Below, piece after piece: positions 51,328 to 64,000 of a stretch of DNA of 64,000 nucleotides. A model generated the notes under the pieces. That model did no database searches and had not been told where the DNA came from. It saw nothing but the letters and a program-made list of their open reading frames with translations. This stretch comes from Ophelia neglecta (Eukaryota): the NCBI GenBank assembly GCA_965285935.1, contig OZ260665.1:58838001-58902000 (forward strand), read 5' to 3'. A program made the position numbers and the translations under genes. Within the stretch, counting starts at the first letter, position 1. Each line of letters starts with the position of its first letter.

Positions 51328-54300
51328 ATGGCCGCCCTTCAGGAATTATCCCTGAATGCCCTCAATATTCCAGCAGAATCCGCATTTTCCCTGGACATAG
51401 GTATGTTCTTGTAATTATGCATAGCATGTGCTAATAATTGATCATAAAATGAGAGAAATTAACGTTTAAGGTGCATCGTGATGTATGAGTTGTTAAATAT
51501 ATTTGATGCTTCAACAAATTCGGAAGTTTTGGATAACACGTTAAATAGGCCTAGATAAACACTTTTTTTCCAACAAGGGCAAATTGCAAGGCTACCTCAC
51601 CGCGTAATAGAGTGAATACACGGTAGGCAGTATTGCCACTTGTTCATATGGTTTTCTCCAGGAAGCACCTGTTGCAAGTTGGTGTACATTAAGCCTCGAC
51701 ATGAATCAGAAGAGGAACAAAATGAGGTGACATTAACTTCAGAATATGTGGTTGTTTATTTGTCTTATTAATCATTTGGAAAAACTCAATAGACAAGACA
51801 ACATTATTTGGTTATTTTACTCTATACAAATCTGAGTACGACGGTTTTTTACTCGAAGTAAAAAGACACTTTACTCCATGCCATGAAAACAGCTGACAAA
51901 CAGTGAAACCTGCCTTTAAGACCACCTCTATAATCAAACCACCTGTCCATTCAGACCAGTAATATTAGGGACGTGATGTATACATTCAATGTTAAATAAC
52001 CTGTCTAAATAGAACACATCTGAAATCAGACCAGTATTTTCCAGTCCCTTGTCTTAATTCACAGGTTTTACTGTATATGGGGCCTCCCTGCCCCTTAGTT
52101 ATAGTATAATTGTTATACACTGAGTTTAACTTGGTTGCCGAATGCAAAACATGATTATGCTTTTATTCGAGAATTATTCAGGTTTCTTGAGGCAGATTTA
52201 CAGTTCATTATAAAGGCTTTCATTGTATTTACGGTGACAATTTCAGAATTCTTCTATCAGGCTAGAGTTTGCAAAATCTCCTATAGAGCAGGACGCTGAG
52301 ATTAGGACTATTCTTAGGCGAGAATTCCCATCTTCCGATATTGGTGCAAAACTGTTTTGTACAGGGCTTTATAGCACTGCACACATTATTTCTGAAATAG
52401 AAAAGGAATTTCAAACGAAGTAAGTCAAATGTTGACAGAGTTGCTAGATTCGTGTATTAGATGCTTACTTCCGATTATTAAATTATTAATACGTTTAAAA
52501 GTTTTGATAATACATGTTGTCCGTTTTAGGGTAACCATATTGTCAGAGTTCGAATGCATGCACAGGGGATTTGATTTTCTTGTTCACAACGTGCCTGAGA
52601 CAGATGCATTCCACCCTCTGAGCAGTAGAGGACTTCAAGCCGCGAAAGAGATGGACGGCCAGTGGAAAAATACACAACTGGACCTTCATGGCTTTAAAGA
52701 AATGGAACCAGAAAGAAAAGTCACAGACACAACGCGAGGTAAGATATTAATATTACTATTTGCTTCCAGACAGCTGTCTGTGGCTGTCTAAATTTCATAT
52801 TCTTAAAAGGTTATCTGATAGATAAAAAGATTGGTTAACTATTTTTTTCTTTATGCAAAGTGTAATAAATATTTGGCATGATACTAACAGGCTTATTAAA
52901 GGCCCATGTTTTATACAGAGACTCACTACAAATTGACTAACTCAAACTAGTCAAAGCAAATTTTCCTTATAGTTTTGCCTTGTTGCTCATAACAGGCACG
53001 ATAGCTAAAACTTCATATTTTCATGATCCTACAGGATTAGGGAAGCTGCCATTCGCGGCAAGAGTAGGCGACTTTTACCCGTGTATTATCGCCAACGGAG
53101 GGTCCGCCTTTTCTGTCAATCTCGTAGGAGGCGCAACTTTTCGTTGTTTTTGTGAAACTTCGGCGACTTCTTCTATAATATTAACTTGATATTAACCAAC
53201 GAAAAATTGTTTATCACTGTTGGTCAATTAGCCCCTGTTACGAGGTGTCGTTCACCGCGATAAGCCCCTGTAGCCCGACGAACTGCCTGCGTTGTCCTAC
53301 TAAGTTGGCCAAAATCCCAGGAAATCCTCCATAGAACCTTTTTCAGAATTTTAAAAATTTCATTAACAGAAGCGGTCGTTTGATTATAGGTAATAAATCT
53401 CAGTAACCAAAAGTTAATTACGAGGACCAACCGTGGCACTAGAAAGAATTATATTGTACTCGAAGCACGACTAATTGGTTGCACGTGGTTGCTTAGGCAC
53501 TAAATGTGAGGAGGAGAATAAAATAATGAACGCTGCATTTTATATACATACACGTTTGTGATGTTCAGGGAACTATCTCTGAACATGGATTTTCATTTCT
53601 GCTCCTTAAGAGGTTCTGAACTGTTTTTATTCTATCCAGAGATGTCAGCACTTTACGAGTCCGATGACAGGTTAAATATATTTAACTATATTACTAGGCA
53701 TAACATCATGTATTTGTTGCAAATTTGACTCTGATGTCAGTAATTCCATCTTTACACGTGCATGACACGGTAGTTTCGTGTAAATACGCGTACACGCGGG
53801 CTTGCTCAGTAGTACTACACGGACTTATTAACATGTAAGTGAACCACAAGTCGTCGTTGGGGCTAGTTTAACAACAAATGAAACTTTTGGCAATAAGATT
53901 TAAAGTATAAGCTTGATGCACACTTTTTAAACACAGGTTGAATCAAAGGATTCGCTGAAAATGGTTGATATGTCAACTCGGTCAGGTGGTACTTTGTCTG
54001 GACTGGGACAACTGTTATTGGGACAAAAGGTAAATATCACTCAAAAAGACCCGACAATGTTAGTAAATAGCAAGGTTTGACACGGGCTTGTCTCTTCTGC
54101 CATCCACCAACGCTGGGAACAACTATTTGATAAAATTAATGGTTAATTACATCAATGTTGTAAATGAGACTATTGACTTCAAATTTCATACTGTTAAGTC
54201 AAAATAAAATTTTGCTGGTTATATTTAAATGCAGTTTTCCAAAGCGTCCTTGTAATTAATATTTCATCAGTAAGATGGGCATAGTTGATTAAGCAATTAC

Positions 54301-55237
54301 GATTAGCCCTAGTATTTGGCTAAATGTTAACGTGAATATCTCTACTTTTTGTTTTTTTTTGAGTACTTTTAGCCGCACATAGGAATATGTTAAAGTCAAA
54401 ACGTATAACCTTATTTAATACTTTGACCTTTTGTCCTTCAGGATTACTCAAAAATAACCGAATTAGCTTCGAAGGGTGACGAGTCAAAAGTGACAACATA
54501 CTTCAACGAGTTACGAAAGTCAACTCTTCAGGGAGAAAGCGGAACAAACGCATATTTTTCTATACCCGACACCCTTATGTGTTTCAGTTTTATGAGAGCA
54601 TGTCAAGGTTCCATGTAGTCCAATTTAAAAAAAAAATTAATAAATGTTTATAATTACGTATAATTTTTAGATTCCCATTTTAATTTCAACATGTTCAACT
54701 GCTGCTAGGTCTTCATGGATTTTTGAATTTAACTCCATAAATAGTACTGTTTATATGCAATGTTTCGTCATGTATATTAACAGATGACACGGAGTTTAAT
54801 AAATCTGACCTGGCGAGGGCATTGGTTTATATGCTGGCGGAAGACATGGCTCAGCTGTCATTTTGGATAAGTCGACTTTACAACTGTAAATACGTGTTTG
54901 TTGCCGGCGGTATTACATCCCACGATGTGGTCAGGGAGGCCTTCACTCGCCACTTTTATCAGCGTGTCTTGGCTAACAATTCGGTTTGTAACAAAATTAA
55001 TCATATAATAAATATATCACCAGAGGCTGGTGACATCGTCAGTCTATGATATCACCAATTTAGGAGTGGGGTATCTGTGGAACACCACACATCCGTCTGC
55101 TCAGTAAATAAGGAAAAAAGTAATTCCACGTAAAAGGATAATGATTCATTCTTTTTTTTCTCCAGGAATGTGAGCTGTACTTCCTTAAACACGGTCAATA
55201 CATGGGGGCTCTAGGCGCCCTTCTGTCTACAAAGTGA
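51328..55237 (+). CDS. Divergent type II pantothenate kinase (Fumble/PanK)-like protein, 9 coding exons, 379 aa
   Basis: Manually spliced exons 51328-51400, 51662-51726, 52247-52419, 52530-52738, 53035-53123, 53937-54029, 54442-54607, 54784-54983, 55166-55237. All introns are GT-AG with consistent phases, giving 1140 nt with no internal stop. PanK motifs occur in order: SLDIGSTCCKLVY, LFCTG, SEFECMHRGFDFL, YPCIIANGGSAFSV, GGTLSGLGQLL, ELASKGD, KSDLARALVYM, VFVAGG, FLKHGQYMGALGALL. Confidence 0.9.
51901..52073. mobile_element. Tc1/mariner-pogo-type MITE in intron 2 of the PanK-like gene
   Basis: TIR CAGTGAAACCTG / CAGGTTTTACTG (11 of 12 match), TA at the right flank, internal GACCA/ACCACCT subrepeats. 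Confidence 0.7.
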
Positions 55238-56049
55238 ATTTTCAAGTTTCAAAATACTTTAAAAACTTTAATGACATTATTATTTTATGTATTAAGCAAG
55301 TAATAATATTTATATGTAATAATCATTCATTACTAATTCACTATTATTCTGATATCTTGTTTGGTAAGAGGGGTATTTAATGGCGCATTATTGTAGGTTT
55401 GTGAACCATGGATTATCTAGTAAGGGTTTAAGTATTCTTTGATAGAAATGCTTATGAGCAAGGTTTGATACTCTGATCATTATTAGATTTACGTACAATC
55501 ATTAAGTGACAAGATTTACCACACACACAGAATTTGAATATTTATATAATCTTGGTACTCTTCACTTATAATATGTATAGATCTAGATATACGTCGCATA
55601 TTTATAACCCACTAAATAACGTACTGGTAATGCGAAACGTATAGGTAATATAATTATACTGAATGACCATGGGAACATTTCCAAATGACTCGGGATCCTA
55701 AATCGTAGGTTAAAAGAAGATATTTCCCTTTGCAATTAACACTATATTGAACATGCAAGTCTTATAGCAGGCCAACTTTTCACAAGTTTGTATTTTAATC
55801 ATTTGATTATCGGCTGTGAAAAGTTCGCTTAAGAGATTCAAAATGCTATCTATACAGGAAACTTGTTGTTTTGTCATTTTTGTCATTTCATTATGAAATG
55901 AATTTGACAAGTGTTATAGGCTATGTGCCATTGATTGATCAATCGTTGTTAAACTAAATTAGCTTTCCATCTCTACATAATACTAAGTATCATTGCTTTG
56001 TTGATTCCCGGAATCTGATTATTCTATAGTTAATTAAGCCCACCCACAT

Positions 56050-59000
56050 CAACAGGGCCGATTAAATATAATGTACAGGTCAACCGAATAGAACTTATCC
56101 ACCATTTGCAAGTTTTGTTTCTTCAAAAAACATATTGAAACGTATGAGCCATAGTCCGGTATTTGATAGGGATGCACATGGACGTCCATTCATTTCAAAA
56201 TACCATCCTAGGTGTAGAAAATGGCCATAAACAATTCCTCTTCGGAACAAATTTGATTTGTGTTCTTTGGAACTCCCAATTACCAAAGTAAAACAAAAGC
56301 ACGAATTACCACAGGTTTCACAGCCTGTTTATTCAGCCCTAGCGCGGTATTGTTAACTTGATTAAGGAGCTACCATTCTTAGTCTTGGCAGTAATGTATT
56401 ATGTGGCCGTGGTTATTATGACATCTAAAGCCTACTCATCGATTTGTTTAAGGTACTGTGAAAACTGGCAGGAACATTTTTATAGGCACACCAAAATTTA
56501 TTACTCCTTCGTTATGTTTCCCTTTCATTAGCAGTTCTCTAGTCATGTATACTCGTGCATGTATACATATGGCAACAGTAGATAGTTCACTGCCCATAGC
56601 AGCTTTTTAAAGCAGTAATTGGCAGGGCATCGTAAGTGCATTTAAACATGCAGAGAAATACACCACCTAGAAATAATATACGGCCTATTACCTTTCCTTG
56701 CAACATTACAAAGCTATTGTACACCATCTTTCTTTTCCTGCTGTGGGAATGAAGATAAGGAACTGTAATTGAAGCCAGGAATTCGCTTCCTCTCTCCGAA
56801 CCTAGACTAATTGTCCATCAGGCCATTGCCTCATTATTTTCATTGTGAATGTTCCGTTAGTCGTTATATTTGGCATGTTACTCTCCTGAACGAAACTTGA
56901 TTGCAACACGTCCATGAAGTTTTTTTTATAAAACTATATCAAAGGCCTTAGCAAGTTAATTTCCTTTCTCTGTAATAAGTCTTAACATGATTTTCTTTCT
57001 GTCCGAAAAAACGAAGAATTCTATTCAAGACCTCAACGGTCATAATAGGTCATTCGATTACTAGAAGGCCGGAAAGGCCGCCGCTCTAAACCCACGGCAC
57101 GTACTTAACTGATTAACACCGTGGAAAGTTAATTGGGGCTTCAATACTACGCTCCCAAGGCTTTACTCGGCCGGTCATCTATGGTGGGACCAACAACATT
57201 GTGGCTCATTAGGAGGCCGGTGGGACTCACATCCTTGTTAATTTATGAGTCCTTAAAGGAAGGAGGCAATCCTTTGTTCAGTATCATCAAAAGCCACAGC
57301 ACTGAGGTCGAGCATTTTAAGGTTATACTTTAAAATGGGGTGGAAAACAAAGTTAACAAATACTCCTTGGAAATGCTTCAACGTCCCTACTGGTATGTTC
57401 TTGTTAAATGGTTTTTTTTGTCAATGGGTATTCTTCGTTATGAATTTCTACAATGCATGTTGTCGAAAAGTAATGGATAGTTTGCTTAGGAAAAGTTATG
57501 AATTTTTATTAAACTGCTGTCAAAAATAGATGAAGGTAGTTACCAGAAAATGTTTACGGCTAAGGACGTATTTAGCATCTAAGCAGCTCAGTATTTATTT
57601 TCTTCGTTTCACTTACCACCACTCGACAAGTCATGCTAATCAAAATTGGCAGCCTGACATATGAAGCTAAAAGAATTCAGATTCTAAATTGAGAGTTCGA
57701 AAGCCTTTATGCTGGGAAGCGTGTTTTATCAGGCATGGACATTCTGTTTAGACAATAGCTTACACAGTAATAGATTGCGATCATTCACCACTCGCCGATG
57801 TTCAAGATGATGTAGGAGAAATGAAGCCGAACATCGGATAAACTTTACTGTGCCTAATCAAACAATTGTAGACTAGACCGTTAATAATTTAAAGTCTATT
57901 CGAGCTTAGGAGTAATTGATCATGTGATATAACAATGACGATAGCCAGAAAAGGGGTAAAATTAGCACAAGGTGAGCGTGGGCAGTTTCTTCGTTATATG
58001 TCTACTCTGACTTATTGTAGGGCCTATGCGACTCTTTGCGGAAATTAAGTGGTTTGGTCGTTTTTATATCATAGTTCATTTCATATTTATATTGCTGATC
58101 AAGCATGGAACGAATGAGCTTTGTCACCAACAACATTTCATGACAAGAAAAATCACCCAGTTAAAGTCTGGATTAATCTTCCGCTACATAAACATTTGGG
58201 AGGGTTAGTTTGATCGAGTGGCGTTCGGTTGGGTATGTAACCGGAAACCGGATAGTGTAGGGCAGGTATCTATGTTACCAGAGTCTCCATAGTTGAATGT
58301 CATATCAGGAAGGTAAATGTAACACTTAAAATGAAAAAAATGGAGCGCAAGGTCCTATTGTAAACTTGGCTCAATACTCCAGCGGATGCTAAGGTCATTG
58401 CGACGGGTGAGGTTTTCATGCCCCCCCCCCCCCCCCCCTCCCTTCAGGAATATTTACGAGTAGCAAATGTGATTGATATTTTGAGATTGATAGCCTTGAA
58501 AAAGGTATTGCCGGAATAGATGTCTGCCGCCAGGATCCATGTTTTGCTGACTTATTGATGCTTTTGATGACCTGCGATTACCCGTTTCCCTTTAGAATTT
58601 TCCGAGCTTCCTAAACGTTCATGATACTATGCCAGCAAATGCTATCGATGGTGGAAAAACTGACTTTTAGCCGCATGTTAAAAAAGATAGGCAACGTTTG
58701 TTGCTCTGTATAAGTGGCCCCAAGTTCTGTTTGCAATTATTCACATATTTCGCCAGGAAAGCGAAAGAAGCAGCAGACATTTGTAATACTTACTTATAAT
58801 AGCCTATGAAGACATCACATTGCTCTAAGCGAGCATCCTTCAAGAGCAAAAAGAGCTTTTTGAAATTTGGTGATTTGGATTCTCCTTTTTTTAAGATTAA
58901 AAAGAGCAGACAAGATATATGCTGTCCTATTTATCTTCCTAGTTATACATGTTAATAAACTAGTTAGATTATTGGGTAATAGATCATTGAAGCAGGGTAG

Positions 59001-59600
59001 ATGGTTGTCTTTCACCTAAAACGTACACGTATGATCATACTAATCCATGAAAGAGTTCCTCTTTCAATCTTACAAGGCGTTCAATCAAGGTCCCCTTGCA
59101 TTTCTGATTTCCTCTTTAAGGGAGAAGGGATACACATATCATTATGATCGTTCGATTGCATTCAATGTAAATGCTTTCTAGAGCTTTAAGGTTAAACTTT
59201 CATCGTCCTTACTGCCTTTTGGAAACACCAATAAAAAAATCCATTCGATGACCTGAATGAAAAGGTATGTTTAAATTAAATTATGTTGCCCAAGAATAAT
59301 TTGCAGACAGACTTTTGGGTTTTTTTGTTCGTAACATGTGGTGAGCACACCCGTGCTCTGAACTTTTAGAGTATAACTCAACACTCAAGGCAATCACATG
59401 TTTGCTCCATTACTTCCGCTCTCCAATGACCATTTCTATTATTGATGGGCTGATTATGTTCACTTGAGTAGCTCTCAAAGCCTACATGAAAAACAGACGA
59501 CTTCTAAGTGGAAGAGCAAACTCGCAGGATGCAACTCATGCAAATAGTTCATTCGGTGAACCTAAGGAGGCATGTTAAATTATATAATTTAGTCGTAGGT
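56050..59600 (-). pseudogene. Decayed copy C of the same gene family
   Basis: Homologous to 46000-50030 at about +10 kb; remnant HFKCYIYLPDMTFNYGDSGNIDTCPTLSGFRLH at about 58230-58335. Boundaries approximate. Confidence 0.55.
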
Positions 59601-61239
59601 TACTTCTTATCTTCTGATAGATCCTTTAAATCAGAAATATAAATCGTGGTTTATGAATCATTAAGTAAAGGTGCCAAGGTGCCGATAGAAGCTTCCTGCC
59701 TATGATCATATGAAAGAAATGAGTTAGGTCGACTGGAAAATTGTGATTATCATTTATATTTCATATGGCGGAAAGCTTCAGGCAACTTCATACACCAGAA
59801 ACTGGCCTCTGCCCTTCGTAAGGAAATGTGCCATTAAAGAGTACGGTCATAACATTTGAAAGGTCAGCGTGTCAGAATACGAAAGATTTTTGAAATAGTT
59901 TATAATAAGAGGCAATTTCGTTTAAGTCATAAAGTATAGTTTCCTTATTATAGCCCAATTTTAAATATGATTTCAAAATAAAAACGGTGTGTATACCCGG
60001 CAAAAATTAGCAGAATCGTTAATCGCGAAGAGATCATTCAATTTGTCCGAAATCATCAGGAACCTGGATAAGGGCAGAGCTATCAATAGGTTGCTTCAAA
60101 CCGAAGATTAGATATACGATTGGGTGAAATACGGCAATCAGAAACAAGGACCATGGGCAATGCTTAATGTTTTCCTAATCCTGCCATGAACATTCTGCAA
60201 AGCTCCTGCAACTTACAGCAGATCAATATCATTCTATTACGATCTATCTTGAGCAGTCAGATAATTGGCTGCTGCCATCCGACTTGATTGCCAATCATTT
60301 GAGCCAACAGGGCTATAAAACAACATTGATTTTAACATTCTGTTGCCAGTTTTGTTGTTCACAAAATTGGAGCAAAACAATATTAAGAACAATATTTTTC
60401 ATGGCATCTGTAGACGGCATAAATTGTGTCTAAATCGATTTTGTATCATAGGTACTTTGGCGTTGCGAGAAATTTGAGGATAGATTGCTAGAAAACCGTT
60501 CTCTACAATTTGTATACAAGTTTTATAAAAGCTATATTGAAAACAAGAAGTGGTTCCAATTAGTAGATTGCCAGGAAGTATACTTGATATAATAACAGCC
60601 TTGAATAAAAATGGAAAGTTCTTGCATATTGCTCACTAAACTATCCCTAAAACACCCAACGTGGCTAATGAAAATTAAAGTGTACTGTCATCCAAAACGA
60701 CAAACAAGACATTGCAGTGGTAATCATCCGGTTACAGCTAAGACGTACATTGTACATTGAAGAAATGCTCAATACAATAAGACAATTTGTCGGATGGTGT
60801 CAGCTGAGATAGATAAGATCATTACTATGTATCACACATCCTACATGTTTTGCTCATACAATGTTGTGAGGGATGGGCTGGTACATGTATGAGTAATGGT
60901 TTATTACCAGGGGACATATTCTAAAATAAAGCTTCATTTTAGTCAGAGATTAGAAACGCTCGTGGGTGCCCAACATATAGGGAAGTCATATTAAACCACT
61001 CATTTATCAAGGCTTATATCTATCTCTACGAGTTGTAATGACACAGAATTTTTTCTAAATAAAATATGAAGCATGGCTTTATAGTAGTATATTATCTATG
61101 TCGGCTTATAAAATAACCATATCCCCAGAAAAGAAGGAGAATATCTGTTTCCATGAATGCATTACTATAGACTAAGTTCGTTTTTATGTTGGTTTTTGTG
61201 AACAAAATAAGAAAGAAAATAGCTATGACTGTAACATGA

Positions 61240-64000
61240 TTACTAATTTATTACTAAGGAGACAAAGAGAAGCGAACGTCCATGCCCGGTAGTTCCAGGA
61301 ACAAATCGCTTTTCTTTTACCAATTTGGCTCAGCAGGTGCCATGAAGAAGCCACTTAACTCCCATTTTAAAATAATCACTGTTTTGTGTAAAGCTCCTTC
61401 AATTCCAGTCATCACAACAACCGTCAAAATAATCACAGTATTTGTGTGAAATGTGCGCATGTTCTATTAAAACTAATAAATGAACTGCCCTTGTCCTCAC
61501 TGAGGCATTCAGCAATTTATATTACAGTTTCACGTTTCTGCTTTGTTTAAAATCTAATGAAAAATGCCATGCATTATCATAAATATAATTCAATGTAAAT
61601 TTTAATTCTAGCTTGATTATGCACATATGCATTCAAACAGCAAAAAGACGTGTCCTCGGTTGAAAAATTGGCAGGCTGTTCATGTGGGAACAGTACTGTA
61701 TGCCTACTTATCACACGAAAATCTTTCGGAGTAAATCTTATGCCGTTTGAATTTACAACACGTTATTTGCCTTTATATGCAATACTGACTTCTGCGCGGG
61801 TTTCTCCAGCAACCATTTTCCCTTCGAGAGGAGATAAATGATGTGTTTGGGAACAGCCAGTTACTCTCTCTTTTAGCATCAACGGCTCATACAACACTGC
61901 TCCATAATTCAATATTATTTTTTCCGCGAAGTGCTGCCTTGTTCATGTTGCTCCCCTAGGCGTGATTGAAGATTACAGCTACTAACATACATAAGTATGT
62001 TTTACAATTTTACCCAAAAAGTATACTTACAAGGAACACTGGATATGAAGTCTGAAGAAAGCAAATTAACAGTTGGTTGTATGCGAAACCTTCTTCGGGA
62101 TCAGAACCAATAATGCTGCGACCTGTTTTGCGACCGGAGAATCCCATAAAAGAGCTTTTCCATTACTTCTAAAACAAAAGACCGAATCATGGTTTCTCAA
62201 TCTAAACAGGCGGCCTAAACATAAGAGGGCTCTAGGATTTGCATACATGGTCGTTGGAAGAATCTTACCTCCAATGACAATCTACAGAAATTGTTGTTGG
62301 TAAGTTCTTTAAATTAAACTTTTTCTAATACGTCCGCTTAAAAACCCATCCATTTGATGTGTTCACTGGCTCATAGCATTACCTGAAGGGACTAGGAATC
62401 ATCCAATAAGAACTAGCAAATTGAAAGCATTACAGCATAGTGTTTTAATTTACATAGGTACCATAGTCTGTAAATCAATATCAAACACCTTTATTTGGCC
62501 GCTGGTGGCTCTATAGACAAACAGGAAGAGTGGATGTAATACCATTGAAATAATAGTATGATTACGATAATTCCACTTTGGTGTTTATATAAATAGGATG
62601 TTTTACCTACTACTATAATATCGCTTTCGAAAATCGATTGTATGCTTTAATACAAAACAACTGAACAATTTATGTGTAAAAAAAGCAAATGATGTATAAT
62701 TTGTTAGGAATTTAACGACAAAAAAAATGTTATCGATTCTTTCTACAGATATCCGAGTTTCCAAGAAATATTGGGTATAACCACGACAATTGAACCAGAC
62801 CATCGGCAAAGCTGAATGCAACTAAAGAAACGCATCTACCTTTTGAAGGAAGGAACAACTACACTTTCGTATACAATGAATATGTCGCGATGGAGACAGA
62901 TGCACAAATTGTCCCTTGCTTTGTCAAAGTTGTTCATGTCTATATTGCTATGATATATTATAACTGTGGCAATTTTCAGCACCCTGAAAATATCGGCATA
63001 ACATGTTTACGCCTTTGCCATCGGAGATGAATAAATCATACATTGTTAATACTGTGATTTCAGTCGAGGCTTCTGAAGTAGATTGTATAGCATCAAAATG
63101 TGACAAATAGCTTTAGGTTGCACAACACTATGAGCGCTATTCTGCTACATGTATCTCCTACTATACCCGTGAGAGGAAGGCAGATGATAAACTGTTATTG
63201 GAGCTAGCAAATATCTCTCCCCTCGAGAACAGATACCATCGATCATTTCACCCTTTTATAACATGACAGATTCGGAATCCTTATTCAGTATCATCGGATG
63301 TTTGTTGAATTGCAGCCAACCTCGATGATGAATATTCTCTGCCGTCTGAATGTAACTAAATCAAGAAGCCCTCAAATGTGGTATCTTTTTTCGCGCAAGC
63401 CCTTTTCTATGTCAGGCCCGTTGTCTATATTCTGTCAACGCAATGGTAAGCTGTAACCGCTAAGTACCTAATGTAAATGTAGTTTGCATGGTTTAAAAAT
63501 AGTGAGCGAATGAAACCAGCTTCCGGGCAGACCGTCATAAGACTTGGAACTTTTTGCTGAGGCTTGAAATTATCAAAGGTGACAATTTCATGTTAGTGTT
63601 ATTTTGAGATGAACATTTGAAGCAAACCATGCTATAAGTTCTTGAAAATACCATTGGAAAGCAATTGGTGTACATAATTGGTTGAATTATATGAGGGAAA
63701 ATGGCTATATATCGTTTTTTGTTTTGATTTTTGATCCAATTTCTCCTGCTTTATACAGGGGTTTTAATAAGTAAAAAAAAGAAATGTTTCCTAACAAATC
63801 AGTAGATTGAATTAGTATCACAAAAACATGATTGAATCACTTGCCCTGGTAGATTTCTTTTGGGTACTGATTAGGATGTTGTTAGAACCAAACGGCAAAG
63901 GCACTCGTGTGATTTACTGATTCCAGCAAAATGCACCAGCGGCTGCTGCTAACCTGAGTAAAGCTGGCAGGATATAACACTGTAAAGGATTGCCAAATAC
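61240..64000 (-). pseudogene. Decayed copy D of the same gene family (probably extends beyond the window)
   Basis: Minus-strand remnants SCFCD (about 63820, somatomedin-B-like spacing), TYSMVCFKC, TVCPEAGF, GEMIDGIC and a hydrophobic C-terminal stretch, interrupted by stops. Confidence 0.55.

Noticed and set aside
53229-53864. Possible Harbinger-like MITE in PanK intron 5 (AGCCCC...GGGGCT)
   Set aside because: TIR match is too short and the TSD is unclear.
57060-57090. GGCC-GGAAA-GGCC hairpin like hammerhead stem II
   Set aside because: No CUGANGA or GAAA flanks; it lies within a decayed coding paralog.

Overview
Eukaryotic, AT-rich genomic DNA with spliceosomal introns; the gene and repeat content suggests a marine invertebrate, possibly a mollusc (inference). 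The left two-thirds hold three GT31 (beta-1,3-galactosyltransferase-like) genes, each with an uninterrupted ORF. Copy A (9912-11090) is an older paralog. Copies B and C (29801-31045, 37783-39027) lie in a near-perfect 7,982-bp head-to-tail duplication with a 3-bp CTC junction microhomology; I found one SNP between the units by eye. The right third holds a 9-coding-exon, 379-aa type II pantothenate-kinase-fold gene (51328-55237) that the ORF track shows only as fragments. It keeps the ATP-binding and catalytic residues but has a remodelled pantothenate pocket, making it the best candidate for an undescribed activity. It sits among four decayed minus-strand copies of a long Cys-rich gene. Three MITEs, a minisatellite and small local duplications are also present. 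I found no rRNA, tRNA, CRISPR array or intact transposase. All alignments were done by eye.
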